The notes under the pieces are model-generated. The model saw only the letters and a program-made list of their open reading frames with translations, did not search any database and was not told the origin of the DNA. The translations under genes and the position numbers were made by a program. Shown here piece after piece: positions 18,254 through 28,095 of a stretch of DNA of 64,000 nt (positions within the stretch are counted from its first letter, which is position 1; the number at the start of each line of letters is the position of its first letter). This DNA is from an uncultured SAR86 cluster bacterium (GTDB lineage: Bacteria; Pseudomonadota; Gammaproteobacteria; Magnimaribacterales; AG-339-G14), in contig CACAWS010000001.1 of the NCBI GenBank assembly GCA_902536295.1, positions 43,452 through 107,451 on the forward strand, written 5' to 3'.

Positions 18254-18329
18254 TAAATGCTTATACCTTAATAAGAATTATCTAAAAATAAGAAAAAACT
18301 TTTACAATCTGTATAATCAAATCATTATT

Positions 18330-18929
18330 ATGAAAAAAAGTGAAAAAATAATTAATTTTAGACCTTCTAGAGAACAAGCCATGGAAGCTGTAAAAACTTT
18401 GTTAGCTTATACGGGCGATGATCCATCTAGAGAAGGTCTCATAGACACTCCAAAAAGAGTAATTAAAGCTTACGACGAATTTTTTGCTGGATACAATGAA
18501 GATCCAGAAGAAGTTCTTTCTAGAACTTTTGAGCAAGTTGAAGGTTATGATGAAATGGTTATTGTCAAAGGCATAAGAGTAGAATCTCATTGTGAACATC
18601 ACATGGTTCCTATTATTGGTGTTGCACACGTAGGCTATATCCCTAACAAAAAAGTTGTAGGTATTAGCAAGTTAGCAAGAATGGTTGATTTGTTTGGAAA
18701 AAGATTGCAAACCCAAGAAACCATGACAGCTCAGATTGCTGATACGATTGAAAAAGTTTTAAATCCAAAAGGTGTCGCGGTAGTAATTGATGCGGCTCAC
18801 ATGTGTATGACTACTAGAGGAATTCACAAAACCGAAACAAGTACAGTTACTAGCAGGATGCTTGGCACCTTTAGGAAAAATGCTAATACTCGAGCAGAGT
18901 TTATGAACTTAATTAGTTCAGATAACTAA
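18330..18929 (+). CDS. folE: GTP cyclohydrolase I (type IA)
   Basis: 199 aa. '[11 protein letters not shown]', zinc site '[11 protein letters not shown]', 'RLQTQE'. Confidence 0.92.
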   Translation: MKKSEKIINFRPSREQAMEAVKTLLAYTGDDPSREGLIDTPKRVIKAYDEFFAGYNEDPEEVLSRTFEQVEGYDEMVIVKGIRVESHCEHHMVPIIGVAHVGYIPNKKVVGISKLARMVDLFGKRLQTQETMTAQIADTIEKVLNPKGVAVVIDAAHMCMTTRGIHKTETSTVTSRMLGTFRKNANTRAEFMNLISSDN

Positions 18930-18930
18930 T

Positions 18931-19533
18931 TTGTCTTCAGATCAAATTTTAGTTAAAAAGCCATTAATTTTCGCTACCGGCTCTGAAATCAGAAAAGATA
19001 TTGCAGAGTCTCATGGCATAAGTTGTGAATTTATAAAATCAGAAGTTGACGAAGAACTTATTAAGTTAAATTTCCATGGAAATGACTTTGATAAGCTTGC
19101 AATACAATTAGCAACCGAAAAAGCTTTAGCTGTAAGCGATAAAAATAAAGATTATTTTGTTGTTGGAGTTGATCAAGTTTGTAGCTTAGATAAAGAAATA
19201 CTTAACAAACCAGGAAATAAAGATAACGCAATAGTTTCTCTACAAAAACTGTCTGGGAAAACTCATTTTCAAAACTGCGGAATGGCAATTTGCAAGGACG
19301 GAAAAATTATTTGGCAGTCCTCTGCTATTGCGGAGTTAACTATGAAAGATTTAACTTTAGATGAAATTGAAAGATATTTAGATCTTGATGAACCTTTTAG
19401 TTGCAGTGGAAGTTATAAGTTTGAGGCAAATGGAAAAGATTTATTTTTAAATGTTATTGGTTCTGAATATACTATTCAAGGTATGGATATTGACCAATTA
19501 ATAGAAGCTTTTTACCGAGAGGGTATAATTTGA
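18931..19533 (+). CDS. Maf-like nucleoside-triphosphate pyrophosphatase
   Basis: 200 aa with a TTG start directly after the folE stop. 'LIFATGSEIR' (a variant of LASxSPRR), 'GVDQV', C-terminal 'GSYKFEANG...IGSEYTIQGM'. Confidence 0.7.
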   Translation: MSSDQILVKKPLIFATGSEIRKDIAESHGISCEFIKSEVDEELIKLNFHGNDFDKLAIQLATEKALAVSDKNKDYFVVGVDQVCSLDKEILNKPGNKDNAIVSLQKLSGKTHFQNCGMAICKDGKIIWQSSAIAELTMKDLTLDEIERYLDLDEPFSCSGSYKFEANGKDLFLNVIGSEYTIQGMDIDQLIEAFYREGII

Positions 19534-19536
19534 TTT

Positions 19537-20439
19537 ATGAAGGATTTTAAAAATAAAGTTGCTGTTATCACTGGTGCTGGATCAGGAATGGGAAGAGAGC
19601 TAGCCATAGAGCTCGCTAAATCAGGAGCAAATATCGCTTTGGCAGAGATCGATGAAACAACTCTCGATGAAACTGCGGAGTTATTAAAGAAATATAATGT
19701 TGGCGTTTCAAAACATATTTTAGATGTTGGAAATAAAGAAGAAGTATATAACTTACCTGACAAAGTCATTGAAGAACATGGATCAGTAGATATGGTATTC
19801 AATAATGCTGGAGTTGGCCTTGCTTCTTCAGTTGAAGATTCAACTGATGAAGATTGGGAATGGGGCTTAGGCATCTTACTTCACGGAGTCATAAATGGTA
19901 CACGAGCTTTTTTACCGCATCTGAAAAAAAGACCAGAAGCAGCTATTGTAAATACTTCATCAATTTTCGGATTGTTGAGTGTGCCAAATCAATCTATCTA
20001 CCATGTTGGTAAATACGGTGTTAGAGGATTTACTGAAAGCTTAGCTTTAGAAATGAAAATGGAAAAATCTAATGTTGAGGTTTATTCAGTTCATCCAGGA
20101 CATATTGGGACCAATATTGCCAATATCGGAGCGAGAAATGGAAAATTTGAATTTGATCCTGAAAAACAAGATGATGGGCCAAATATTTTTGGATCAAAAG
20201 CAAAAACTGTTGAAGAAGCAGGACAACTTTTTAAAGATAAAGCACCTATAAATGCAAATACAGCTGCAAAAATTATTTTAAAAAATATTAAGAAAAAAAA
20301 TAAAAGAATTCTTGTTGGTTCAGATGCATATGCTTACGATCTTATTCAAAGAATTTTTCCTAAGTGGTATATATATCTTCTTCCTTTTGTCTTTTTAATA
20401 AGAAGATTATTTCCAAAAGACAAACCCCTAAACCGTTAA
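19537..20439 (+). CDS. Short-chain dehydrogenase/reductase (SDR) with C-terminal extension
   Basis: 300 aa. 'ITGAGSGMG', 'NNAG', catalytic 'YHVGKYG'. Confidence 0.8.
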   Translation: MKDFKNKVAVITGAGSGMGRELAIELAKSGANIALAEIDETTLDETAELLKKYNVGVSKHILDVGNKEEVYNLPDKVIEEHGSVDMVFNNAGVGLASSVEDSTDEDWEWGLGILLHGVINGTRAFLPHLKKRPEAAIVNTSSIFGLLSVPNQSIYHVGKYGVRGFTESLALEMKMEKSNVEVYSVHPGHIGTNIANIGARNGKFEFDPEKQDDGPNIFGSKAKTVEEAGQLFKDKAPINANTAAKIILKNIKKKNKRILVGSDAYAYDLIQRIFPKWYIYLLPFVFLIRRLFPKDKPLNR

Positions 20440-22095
20440 CTAAATTTCAATATCTGGATAATCTTTTAGTTTTATTGAGTCTTGGTTTATTTCAAGGTCT
20501 TCATCGGGATTTAGTAATTCTTCGTTAGCTCGATAGAGCAGATTGAACTCACCAGATAAACATTTCTCATTGTAATCGAACTTCTTTTTTTTGGTATTCT
20601 CTAAAGATTTTTCATAAGAATTAATTTCTTTTTTGGTAAAAATTTCAGGCAATAATTTTTTTACAAAATTAGGATTGTAAATGCTCGTGGTCGCATTGTT
20701 GCCACCAAATCCTTTTGCATTTAAGAAAAAAGCATCTAAGTCATCAACATTGATCTCTTCATTTGTCATACAAAAATTTAAATTTTCTTTCACTACATCA
20801 TCAGCCAATATTGGAGTTGAATTTAGACCAGGAATAATTCCTTGGTTAAAAATTCCTAAACTACATGCAAGTTGATCTCCGCCCGCAGGCCCCATTGTGT
20901 GACCAAGGTAACCTTTGAGACCTGTTACTTTGAGATTTTTAATATCTAGTGAAGTTGCACACTTACTTAAAACATCTGATTCAGTACTTCTATTTTGAAA
21001 AGTTCCTGTTCCATGGGCGATCACACAAGTTTGTTTTTTATTATCAAAATCTTTAATGTAATTTGAAAATGCTTGAGCCATGGTTATGTAATTTCCTATG
21101 CCAGGAGAGCTTATGGATTTTTTAATACCATCCGAATTAATGAAAACATGTGGAACAGCGCATAAAATCTCTGCTCCAATTTTTATTGCAAATTCTAGAG
21201 AAGTAACAACAGCAAATTGTGAAGATTCTCCCAAAACTAAGCCACAGTTATCACCAAAAGGTCTACAAGCCTTTGAAAAATCAATATCTTCAATACTTTC
21301 TCCATGTCGCTCTTGCATGGCAATAATTTTTTTGTCATCTGCAATACCAGTAGTAGCAAAAAAACCGTCAGTTACTTCTGGGTTAATGGGCGCCTCAGCA
21401 GAACCAATAACCGCATAATCAATTTCGTCAGATTTTATTAATGTAGATGCGGCATTTAAATTATAAAAAAAAGTTGCACATGCTCCAGCCACTTGACCAC
21501 TTTTTCCTACTGAGCCTAATATATAGGCATTAATAAAGTCGGCGGACATTTCAATTAAGGACATAGATAAATGTTTTGAGCTAGCTCTTTTATTCTGTAA
21601 TCTCGATTGCATTAAGCCACCTAGTCCCTTTTCATCGAGTTGACCTATCGCTGGTCCTGCAAATACAGCAACTCTGTTTGGGTCTAAAAGCGGTTGAATT
21701 TCATCCTGCCAATCAATTCCCATATTATTTAGTGCATCATTTACACCAAAAACAGTCATTTTAATGCCCCTAGGGTGTTGTCTAGAATTATATAAGTTAT
21801 CTATTTCATAAAAATCAGGTAGTTTAGCTCCTGCATTCACCCCCATTTGTTCAGTCATAAATCCAAATGGGTCGAGGGCTTTATCAATTTGTCTTATAAG
21901 CGTACCTGACAATATTTCTTGATCAGTTTTATTTTCTTTAGACAAAGACATTAAGTCTTTTAGGACATCTTTTTTGTCTTGGCCTGATAGGTTTTGAAAA
22001 ATTAATCTCTTGTAAGCCATGTTACCAGATGTTCTTCCAGCTGAATTTAAACCGCCCATTGAACATATAACCGGAAGTTTTTTTAGATTTTTCAT
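20440..22095 (-). CDS. fabY: FabY-type beta-ketoacyl-ACP synthase (KAS I/II-domain initiating condensing enzyme)
   Basis: 551 aa. Active-site Cys 'GACATFFYNL', 'HGTGT', 'KGYLGHT', 'NAKGFGGNNA'. The N-terminal 'MGGLNSAGRTS' and 'LYNSRQHPRG...GGLMQSRL...DFINAYILGSVG' blocks match my recollection of P. aeruginosa PA5174 (FabY), not FabB/F/H. Confidence 0.65.
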   Translation of the reverse strand: MKNLKKLPVICSMGGLNSAGRTSGNMAYKRLIFQNLSGQDKKDVLKDLMSLSKENKTDQEILSGTLIRQIDKALDPFGFMTEQMGVNAGAKLPDFYEIDNLYNSRQHPRGIKMTVFGVNDALNNMGIDWQDEIQPLLDPNRVAVFAGPAIGQLDEKGLGGLMQSRLQNKRASSKHLSMSLIEMSADFINAYILGSVGKSGQVAGACATFFYNLNAASTLIKSDEIDYAVIGSAEAPINPEVTDGFFATTGIADDKKIIAMQERHGESIEDIDFSKACRPFGDNCGLVLGESSQFAVVTSLEFAIKIGAEILCAVPHVFINSDGIKKSISSPGIGNYITMAQAFSNYIKDFDNKKQTCVIAHGTGTFQNRSTESDVLSKCATSLDIKNLKVTGLKGYLGHTMGPAGGDQLACSLGIFNQGIIPGLNSTPILADDVVKENLNFCMTNEEINVDDLDAFFLNAKGFGGNNATTSIYNPNFVKKLLPEIFTKKEINSYEKSLENTKKKKFDYNEKCLSGEFNLLYRANEELLNPDEDLEINQDSIKLKDYPDIEI

Positions 22096-22147
22096 TGTTA
22101 TTTTTAATCAGATAGTATTAATATTTTATATCAATTAAGGAGAAATA

Positions 22148-23689
22148 ATGCACCCAGGAGTAAATGGACCCAAATACAAGGATAAACCGGCAATTATCAT
22201 GGCTGGTAGTGGTGAAGTTGTAACACATCAAGAGCTTAATGAAACTTCCAATCAATTGGCTCATCTTTTTAGATCTTTAGGATTGAATCCAGGCGATAGT
22301 ATGGCGTTTATGATGGAAAATCATAAATATTTTTTTCCAATAGCTGCAGCAGCTTATAGAAGCGGGTTGCGTTACACTGCAATAAGCTGGCGCTTACAAC
22401 CAGAAGAAGTTGAATATATCGTTAAAGACTGTGGTGCCAAAGTCTTCATAACATCAAAATTTTTAGAGGAAAATGCAAATCTTCTGACACCTTTATTAAC
22501 TGAAGTTAATAAATACATGGTTGATGGAGAAACAGAAGATTACTTATCTTTAGAAAAAACTATCGAACAATTTCCCAAAAGTGCTATTGAAGATGAATGT
22601 CAAGGATCAACAATGTTATATTCTTCTGGAACAACTGGAAAACCCAAAGGAGTAAGCAGAGAAATTACCTTAAGCCCTTTACCTTATACAGCTGAAGAAG
22701 AAGACCTTGGTTTAACAAGGGTCGTAGAGGGTATGTATGGAGCGAGTCCAGATTCAATATATTTATCCCCAGCGCCTTTGTATCACTCTGCGCCAATGGC
22801 ATTTAATACCGGATTTCAAGCTTTAGGAGGCACTTCTATAGTAATGGAAAAATTTGATCCTGAAGAGGCATTACGTTTAATAGAAAAATACAAAATAACC
22901 CATTCACAATGGGTTCCAACCATGTTCGTTAGGTTTTTAAAAAGTGATCCATCAATTTTTAATAAGTATGACTTAAGTTCTCATCAAGTAGCTATTCATG
23001 CAGCCGCACCTTGCCCTGTTGAAGTTAAAGAGAAAATGATTGATTGGTGGGGACCAATTATTCATGAATATTATGCAGGAACTGAATTCAATGGCTTTGT
23101 TGCTTGCAATTCTGAAGAATGGCTTCAACACAAAGGGACGGTGGGAAAATCTTTATTAGGTCCTATTCATATTCTTGATGATGATGGTAATGAACTTCCA
23201 AAAGGCGAAGAGGGCACCATTTATTTTGAAGGACCGACTTCTCAAAGTTTTGAATATCATAACGATCCAGAAAAAACTAAAGGCTCTAGATCGAAAGAGG
23301 GATATTCAACATTGGGAGATGTTGGATACCTGGATGAAGATGATTATTTATACTTAACTGATCGTAAAGCTTTCATGATTATTTCTGGTGGAGTTAATAT
23401 CTATCCTAAAGAAACTGAAGATGTCTTAGTTATGCATCCGAAAGTTGCTGACGTGGCTGTTTTTGGAGTTCCAAACGAAGAGATGGGCGAAGAAGTTAAA
23501 GCAGTTGTTCAACCAGTAGAAATGAAAGAAATTGAAAATAATTTAGAGCAAGAACTAATGGCTTATTGTCGTGAAAAAATTTCTCATGTTAAGTGTCCAA
23601 AGTCTATAGACTTTAGACCAGAGCTACCAAGACATCCAACGGGAAAACTCTATAAAAGGCTTTTAAAAAACGAATACTGGGATAAATAA
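22148..23689 (+). CDS. Acyl-CoA synthetase / AMP-dependent ligase
   Basis: 513 aa. AMP-binding 'MLYSSGTTGKPKGV', 'YYAGTE', 'GDVGYLDEDDYLYLTDRK', C-terminal 'PTGKLYKR'. Confidence 0.85.
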   Translation: MHPGVNGPKYKDKPAIIMAGSGEVVTHQELNETSNQLAHLFRSLGLNPGDSMAFMMENHKYFFPIAAAAYRSGLRYTAISWRLQPEEVEYIVKDCGAKVFITSKFLEENANLLTPLLTEVNKYMVDGETEDYLSLEKTIEQFPKSAIEDECQGSTMLYSSGTTGKPKGVSREITLSPLPYTAEEEDLGLTRVVEGMYGASPDSIYLSPAPLYHSAPMAFNTGFQALGGTSIVMEKFDPEEALRLIEKYKITHSQWVPTMFVRFLKSDPSIFNKYDLSSHQVAIHAAAPCPVEVKEKMIDWWGPIIHEYYAGTEFNGFVACNSEEWLQHKGTVGKSLLGPIHILDDDGNELPKGEEGTIYFEGPTSQSFEYHNDPEKTKGSRSKEGYSTLGDVGYLDEDDYLYLTDRKAFMIISGGVNIYPKETEDVLVMHPKVADVAVFGVPNEEMGEEVKAVVQPVEMKEIENNLEQELMAYCREKISHVKCPKSIDFRPELPRHPTGKLYKRLLKNEYWDK

Positions 23690-23691
23690 GA

Positions 23692-24531
23692 TTATTTTAA
23701 GCTAGCCTCGCAACTCTCAATCGTTTGCAGGATTAAAGTATTAATTGTCATTGGGCCTACTCCACCCGGTACGGGAGTATAGGCCATAGATCTGTCAGCT
23801 ACATTTTCTAATTCTATATCTCCACATTTTTCGGGATGATAACCAGCATCGATAACAATTGAATTATCTCTAATCCAATTACCCTTAATAAATTTGGGAA
23901 TACCAACCGCACCAACAATAATATCTGCTTCTTTGATGATGTTTTCCAGTTCTTTAGTTTTAGAATGACAAATTATTACCGTACAATTTCTATTGAGTAA
24001 CATCATGGCCATTGGCTTTCCAAGGATAGGGCTTCTTCCAACTACGACAGCTAACTTTCCCTCTAATTCAACTTCATATTCATCTAATAATCTCATGATT
24101 CCATAGGGTGTACAGGAACCAAAAGCTTTTTCTTGCATACTCATTTTTCCAAATCCAGAAGTAGTTACTCCATCAACGTCTTTATTAATATCAATTTCAT
24201 CAAAACACTTTCTCTCATCTATATGATTGGGAACTGGATGTTGCAGCAAGATGCCATGAACATTTTTATTGATGTTAAGTTTTTTTATTTCTTCTATAAG
24301 CTCATTTGTTGATGTATTTTCTGAAAGTTCTATCTTTAATGATTCCATGCCAATTCGGTTACATGCATTACCTTTCATTTTTACGTATGTCGCAGAAGCT
24401 GGGTTATCTCCAACTAAAATTGTCGCGAGTATTGGAGTTACCCCAGTTTTTTCTTTGATTTTAGAAACCCTAAGTTTTAACTCTTCTTCAGATTTTTCAG
24501 ATAATTTTTTTCCGTCAAGTACAATAGCCAT
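23692..24531 (-). CDS. folD: Bifunctional 5,10-methylene-THF dehydrogenase/cyclohydrolase
   Basis: Start moved to 'MAIVLDGKK' (ATG at 24531). '[18 protein letters not shown]', 'GILLQHPVP', '[13 protein letters not shown]', '[10 protein letters not shown]'. Confidence 0.9.
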   Translation of the reverse strand: MAIVLDGKKLSEKSEEELKLRVSKIKEKTGVTPILATILVGDNPASATYVKMKGNACNRIGMESLKIELSENTSTNELIEEIKKLNINKNVHGILLQHPVPNHIDERKCFDEIDINKDVDGVTTSGFGKMSMQEKAFGSCTPYGIMRLLDEYEVELEGKLAVVVGRSPILGKPMAMMLLNRNCTVIICHSKTKELENIIKEADIIVGAVGIPKFIKGNWIRDNSIVIDAGYHPEKCGDIELENVADRSMAYTPVPGGVGPMTINTLILQTIESCEASLK

Positions 24532-24567
24532 TATTATGTATGATAACATTCCTCAAATTTTTTTTAA

Positions 24568-24644
24568 CGGGGTGTAGCGCAGTCTGGTAGCGCGCCTGCT
24601 TTGGGAGCAGGATGTCGGGGGTTCAAATCCCTCCACCCCGACCA
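24568..24644 (+). tRNA. tRNA-Pro (anticodon UGG)
   Basis: 77 nt: acceptor CGGGGTG/CACCCCG, anticodon loop TTTGGGA, T-loop TTCAAAT, encoded CCA. Confidence 0.9.
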
Positions 24645-24700
24645 AAAAAATGTTTTCAAGACTAATTCAAGCCTTTTGGTTAGAATACTTTCTAATTATT

Positions 24701-24777
24701 CTCTCGGTAGCTCAGCTGGATAGAGCATCTGCCTTCTAAGCAGAGGGTCGCAGGTTCGAATCCTGCCCGGGAGGCCA
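24701..24777 (+). tRNA. tRNA-Arg (anticodon UCU)
   Basis: 77 nt: acceptor CTCTCGG/CCGGGAG (one G-U pair), anticodon loop CTTCTAA, T-loop TTCGAAT, encoded CCA. Confidence 0.9.
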
Positions 24778-24783
24778 TAATAT

Positions 24784-24860
24784 GGTGGGCGTAGCTCAGT
24801 TGGTAGAGCGCTGGTTTGTGGTACCGGTTGTCGTGGGTTCGAGCCCCATCGTCCACCCCA
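24784..24860 (+). tRNA. tRNA-His (anticodon GUG)
   Basis: 77 nt including the His-specific extra 5' G(-1). Anticodon loop TTGTGGT, T-loop TTCGAGC, ends CCCCA as in E. coli tRNA-His. Confidence 0.9.
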
Positions 24861-24872
24861 ATTGGAGATAAA

Positions 24873-26168
24873 ATGTTTGGATTTGGAAAGAAAGAAAAAG
24901 TCAAAAAGCTTAAATTTAAAATTCTATCGAGTTTAATGACTGAGGAGTATCAAAAAAAACTATCTCAAGAACAAGCTTCTTCTGACTTGAAAGGTTATAG
25001 AAAAGGAAAAGCTCCTTTAGATGTTATTGAGAAGTTTTACGGTGAACAACTCAGAGCAAGAGTAATCTATGAAACAATGACTAACGAATTTTATAAAATC
25101 GTAACAGAAAAAAAGATATCTGTTGTTGGTCAGCCTGCACTAAACCCTTTATCTATGGATATCAGTAAAGATATAAATGTAGAAGCTTCATATGAAATTT
25201 ACCCTGAATTTGAGTTAAAGAAATTTTCAACATTGAAAATAAAGAAACCTATATGCGATTTAATGGATGAAGATATCAATAATACAGTTGAAAAAATGCA
25301 AACAAGGTTTGGAAAGCTTGACAAAGTAGAAAAAGAAATTGAAGAGGGTAATTTTGCAAAAATTAACTTTGAAGGGTTTTTGGATAATGAAAAATTCGAA
25401 GGTGGTACTGCTCAAGATTATCTTATAGAAATTGGGTCTAAGAATATGATTCCGGGTTTCGAGGAGGGTTTAATTGGATTAAAAAGTGGAGATAAAAAAG
25501 ACCTTAATTTAAATTTTCCAGATGACTATCATGCTGAAAATCTTAAGGGGAAAGAAACTTTATTTAAAATAGAAGTTATTGAGGTTTTAGAAACTAAACC
25601 TGCCGAGTTAAATGAAGATTTTTTTAATCAAGCAGGTATTCCATCAAAAACAGAAGAGGAATTTAAAAATAACCTGAAAGCTCAATTAGAAAGAGATCTT
25701 GAAATTACTGGGAAAAGGAAATTAAAAGAAAGAATATTTGATGCAATTGAACAACAAAATTCCTTTGAAATCCCCTCAGCAATGGTTTTGGCGGAAGCTA
25801 AAAATTTAAGAAACTCTTCAGCCCAACAAATGGGAATGGACCCAGCAAAACTCAAAGATGATGAATTTCCTTTAGAAACATTTGAAGAAAATGCTACGAA
25901 AAGAGTAAAACTTGGCGTTATTCTAAATAAAATAATTGAAGAGAGAAAAATTGAAAAAAATGATGACCTTATAAAGGAACTTATAGAAGAAAGAGCAACT
26001 GGATTTAAAGATCCTGAACAATACAAGCAGTGGATTTTTGGAAATCAAGAGCAGTTAAAAAACATTGAATCCATAGCCTTAGAAGAACAAGTGACTGAAC
26101 TCATTTCATCTGAAGCTAAATGCGAAATTGAGAAACTAAGTTTTGAAGAAATGATGTCAATGAGTTAA
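24873..26168 (+). CDS. tig: Trigger factor
   Basis: Start set at the ATG at 24873 (MFGFGKKEK...), downstream of tRNA-His. 'GYRKGKAP', FKBP-type block 'GGTAQDYLIEIGSKNMIPGFEEGLIGLKSGD', 'YHAENLKGKE'. Conserved position upstream of clpP-clpX-lon. Confidence 0.88.
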   Translation: MFGFGKKEKVKKLKFKILSSLMTEEYQKKLSQEQASSDLKGYRKGKAPLDVIEKFYGEQLRARVIYETMTNEFYKIVTEKKISVVGQPALNPLSMDISKDINVEASYEIYPEFELKKFSTLKIKKPICDLMDEDINNTVEKMQTRFGKLDKVEKEIEEGNFAKINFEGFLDNEKFEGGTAQDYLIEIGSKNMIPGFEEGLIGLKSGDKKDLNLNFPDDYHAENLKGKETLFKIEVIEVLETKPAELNEDFFNQAGIPSKTEEEFKNNLKAQLERDLEITGKRKLKERIFDAIEQQNSFEIPSAMVLAEAKNLRNSSAQQMGMDPAKLKDDEFPLETFEENATKRVKLGVILNKIIEERKIEKNDDLIKELIEERATGFKDPEQYKQWIFGNQEQLKNIESIALEEQVTELISSEAKCEIEKLSFEEMMSMS

Positions 26169-26177
26169 ATTAAATCC

Positions 26178-26780
26178 ATGGATTTTAAAAATCAACTTGT
26201 ACCAATGGTGGTTGAACAAACACCTAGAGGGGAAAGAGCATTTGACATATATTCAAGGCTTTTGAAAGAAAGAGTTATTTTCATTACTGGAACGGTTGAA
26301 GATCACATGGCTAATTTAATTGTAGCTCAGTTACTTTTTCTAGAAGCTGAAAATCCAGAAAAAGATATCAATCTCTATATTAATTCACCAGGTGGGTCAG
26401 TTACTGCTGGTCTTTCGATTTATGACACAATGACATATATAAAACCTGATATTAGCACTCTTTGTATTGGGCAAGCCTGCAGCATGGGAGCAGTATTACT
26501 CGCTGGAGGCTCTAAGGATAAAAGATTTGCTTTGCCAAATTCTAGAATAATGATTCATCAGCCAATGGGGGGCTTTCAAGGACAAGCTACTGATATTGAA
26601 ATTCATGCAAAAGAAATGCTAAAAATTAGAACCAAGCTAAATGAAATATTGTCTAAACATTGTGAGCAATCTCTAGAAAAAATTACAGAAGATACTGAAA
26701 GAGACAATTTTATGTCTGGGGAAGAAGCCTGTGAATATGGTTTAATTGATAAAGTTTTATCAGAAAGAATAGAAAAATGA
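26178..26780 (+). CDS. clpP: ATP-dependent Clp protease proteolytic subunit
   Basis: 200 aa. '[17 protein letters not shown]', catalytic Ser in 'GQACSMGA', His in 'IMIHQP'. Confidence 0.95.
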   Translation: MDFKNQLVPMVVEQTPRGERAFDIYSRLLKERVIFITGTVEDHMANLIVAQLLFLEAENPEKDINLYINSPGGSVTAGLSIYDTMTYIKPDISTLCIGQACSMGAVLLAGGSKDKRFALPNSRIMIHQPMGGFQGQATDIEIHAKEMLKIRTKLNEILSKHCEQSLEKITEDTERDNFMSGEEACEYGLIDKVLSERIEK

Positions 26781-28042
26781 CAGATAAAGACAACAAAGAA
26801 AAACAATTGTTCTGCTCATTTTGTGGCAAGAATCAAAGTGAAGTAAAAAAATTGATTGCAGGTCCTTCGGTTTATATTTGTGATGAATGTGTTGCTTTAT
26901 GTAATGACATTATCAAAGAAGATTCTTCTGGAGAAGCTAAAGACGATCAAAAAGATAATTTACCTATACCAGCTGAAATCAACGAAATTCTTGATCAATA
27001 TGTAATAGGTCAAAATGATGCGAAAAAAATTCTTTCTGTTGCCGTATACAATCATTATAAGAGACTAAGAAACACTAATCTTTCTGATGATGTTGAACTA
27101 GGAAAAAGTAACATCTTATTACTAGGTCCTACAGGTAGTGGAAAAACTCTCTTAGCGCAAACGTTAGCAAGATTACTAGATGTTCCATTCACAATAGCTG
27201 ATGCAACAACTTTAACTGAAGCTGGATATGTTGGAGAAGACGTTGAAAACATCATTCAAAAACTACTTCAAAAATGTGATTATGATGTAGAGAAAGCTCA
27301 ATTAGGAATAGTCTATATTGATGAAATAGACAAGATTGCAAGAAAATCTGACAACCCATCAATTACTAGAGATGTTTCTGGAGAAGGAGTTCAACAAGCT
27401 TTGTTGAAGTTAATTGAAGGAACCACTGCTTCAGTTCCTCCTCAAGGCGGAAGAAAGCATCCTCAACAAGAATTTCTTCAAGTTGACACCTCCAATATCC
27501 TTTTCATATGTGGCGGAGCATTTTCAGGTCTAGATGAAATAATTAGAAGTAGATCTGAAGAAAAAGGAATTGGTTTTGAAGCTACTGTTACCAAAAATTT
27601 CGAATCAAAAAATGTAGCTGAAACTATTAAAAAGGTTAAACCAGAAGATTTAATTAAATATGGTTTGATTCCAGAATTTATTGGTCGGTTACCTGTAATT
27701 GCTTCTTTAGAAGAGTTAGATCAGGAGGCTCTCATAACAATCTTGACTCAACCTAAAAATTCATTGACTAAACAATTCATGAAACTTTTCGAAATGGAAA
27801 ATGTTGAACTTGATATTCGTGAAGACGCATTAAAAGAAATTGCTAAGAAAGCAATCAGTATGAAAACAGGTGCTAGAGGTCTTCGCTCAATTATTGAAAA
27901 TATCTTGCTAGATACAATGTATCAAGTCCCTTCTGAAATTGAACTTGAAAAAGTCGTTGTTGATTCTGCTTGTGTCAAAGGCGAATCTAAACCTTTATAC
28001 GTTTATAGAAACGATAATAAAACTCAAGAAGAAAATAATTAA
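26777..28042 (+). CDS. clpX: ATP-dependent Clp protease ATP-binding subunit ClpX
   Basis: 421 aa. Zinc ribbon 'CSFCGK...CDECV', Walker A 'GPTGSGKT', Walker B 'IVYIDEIDK', 'GARGLRSI'. ATGA overlap with clpP. Confidence 0.95.
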   Translation: MTDKDNKEKQLFCSFCGKNQSEVKKLIAGPSVYICDECVALCNDIIKEDSSGEAKDDQKDNLPIPAEINEILDQYVIGQNDAKKILSVAVYNHYKRLRNTNLSDDVELGKSNILLLGPTGSGKTLLAQTLARLLDVPFTIADATTLTEAGYVGEDVENIIQKLLQKCDYDVEKAQLGIVYIDEIDKIARKSDNPSITRDVSGEGVQQALLKLIEGTTASVPPQGGRKHPQQEFLQVDTSNILFICGGAFSGLDEIIRSRSEEKGIGFEATVTKNFESKNVAETIKKVKPEDLIKYGLIPEFIGRLPVIASLEELDQEALITILTQPKNSLTKQFMKLFEMENVELDIREDALKEIAKKAISMKTGARGLRSIIENILLDTMYQVPSEIELEKVVVDSACVKGESKPLYVYRNDNKTQEENN

Positions 28043-28095
28043 GCTCTTGTTTTTTTTGATATAGGCACTATTAAAGATATATATAAGAGATATTT

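Noticed and set aside
24816-24872. Track start at 24816 for trigger factor (MWYRLSWVRAPSS...).
   Set aside because: These codons lie inside tRNA-His (24784-24860). The first ATG downstream of the tRNA (24873) is taken as the start.
24692-24904. 70-aa minus-strand ORF.
   Set aside because: It is an antisense read-through of the tRNA-Arg and tRNA-His genes. Its GC-rich codons simply reflect tRNA sequence.
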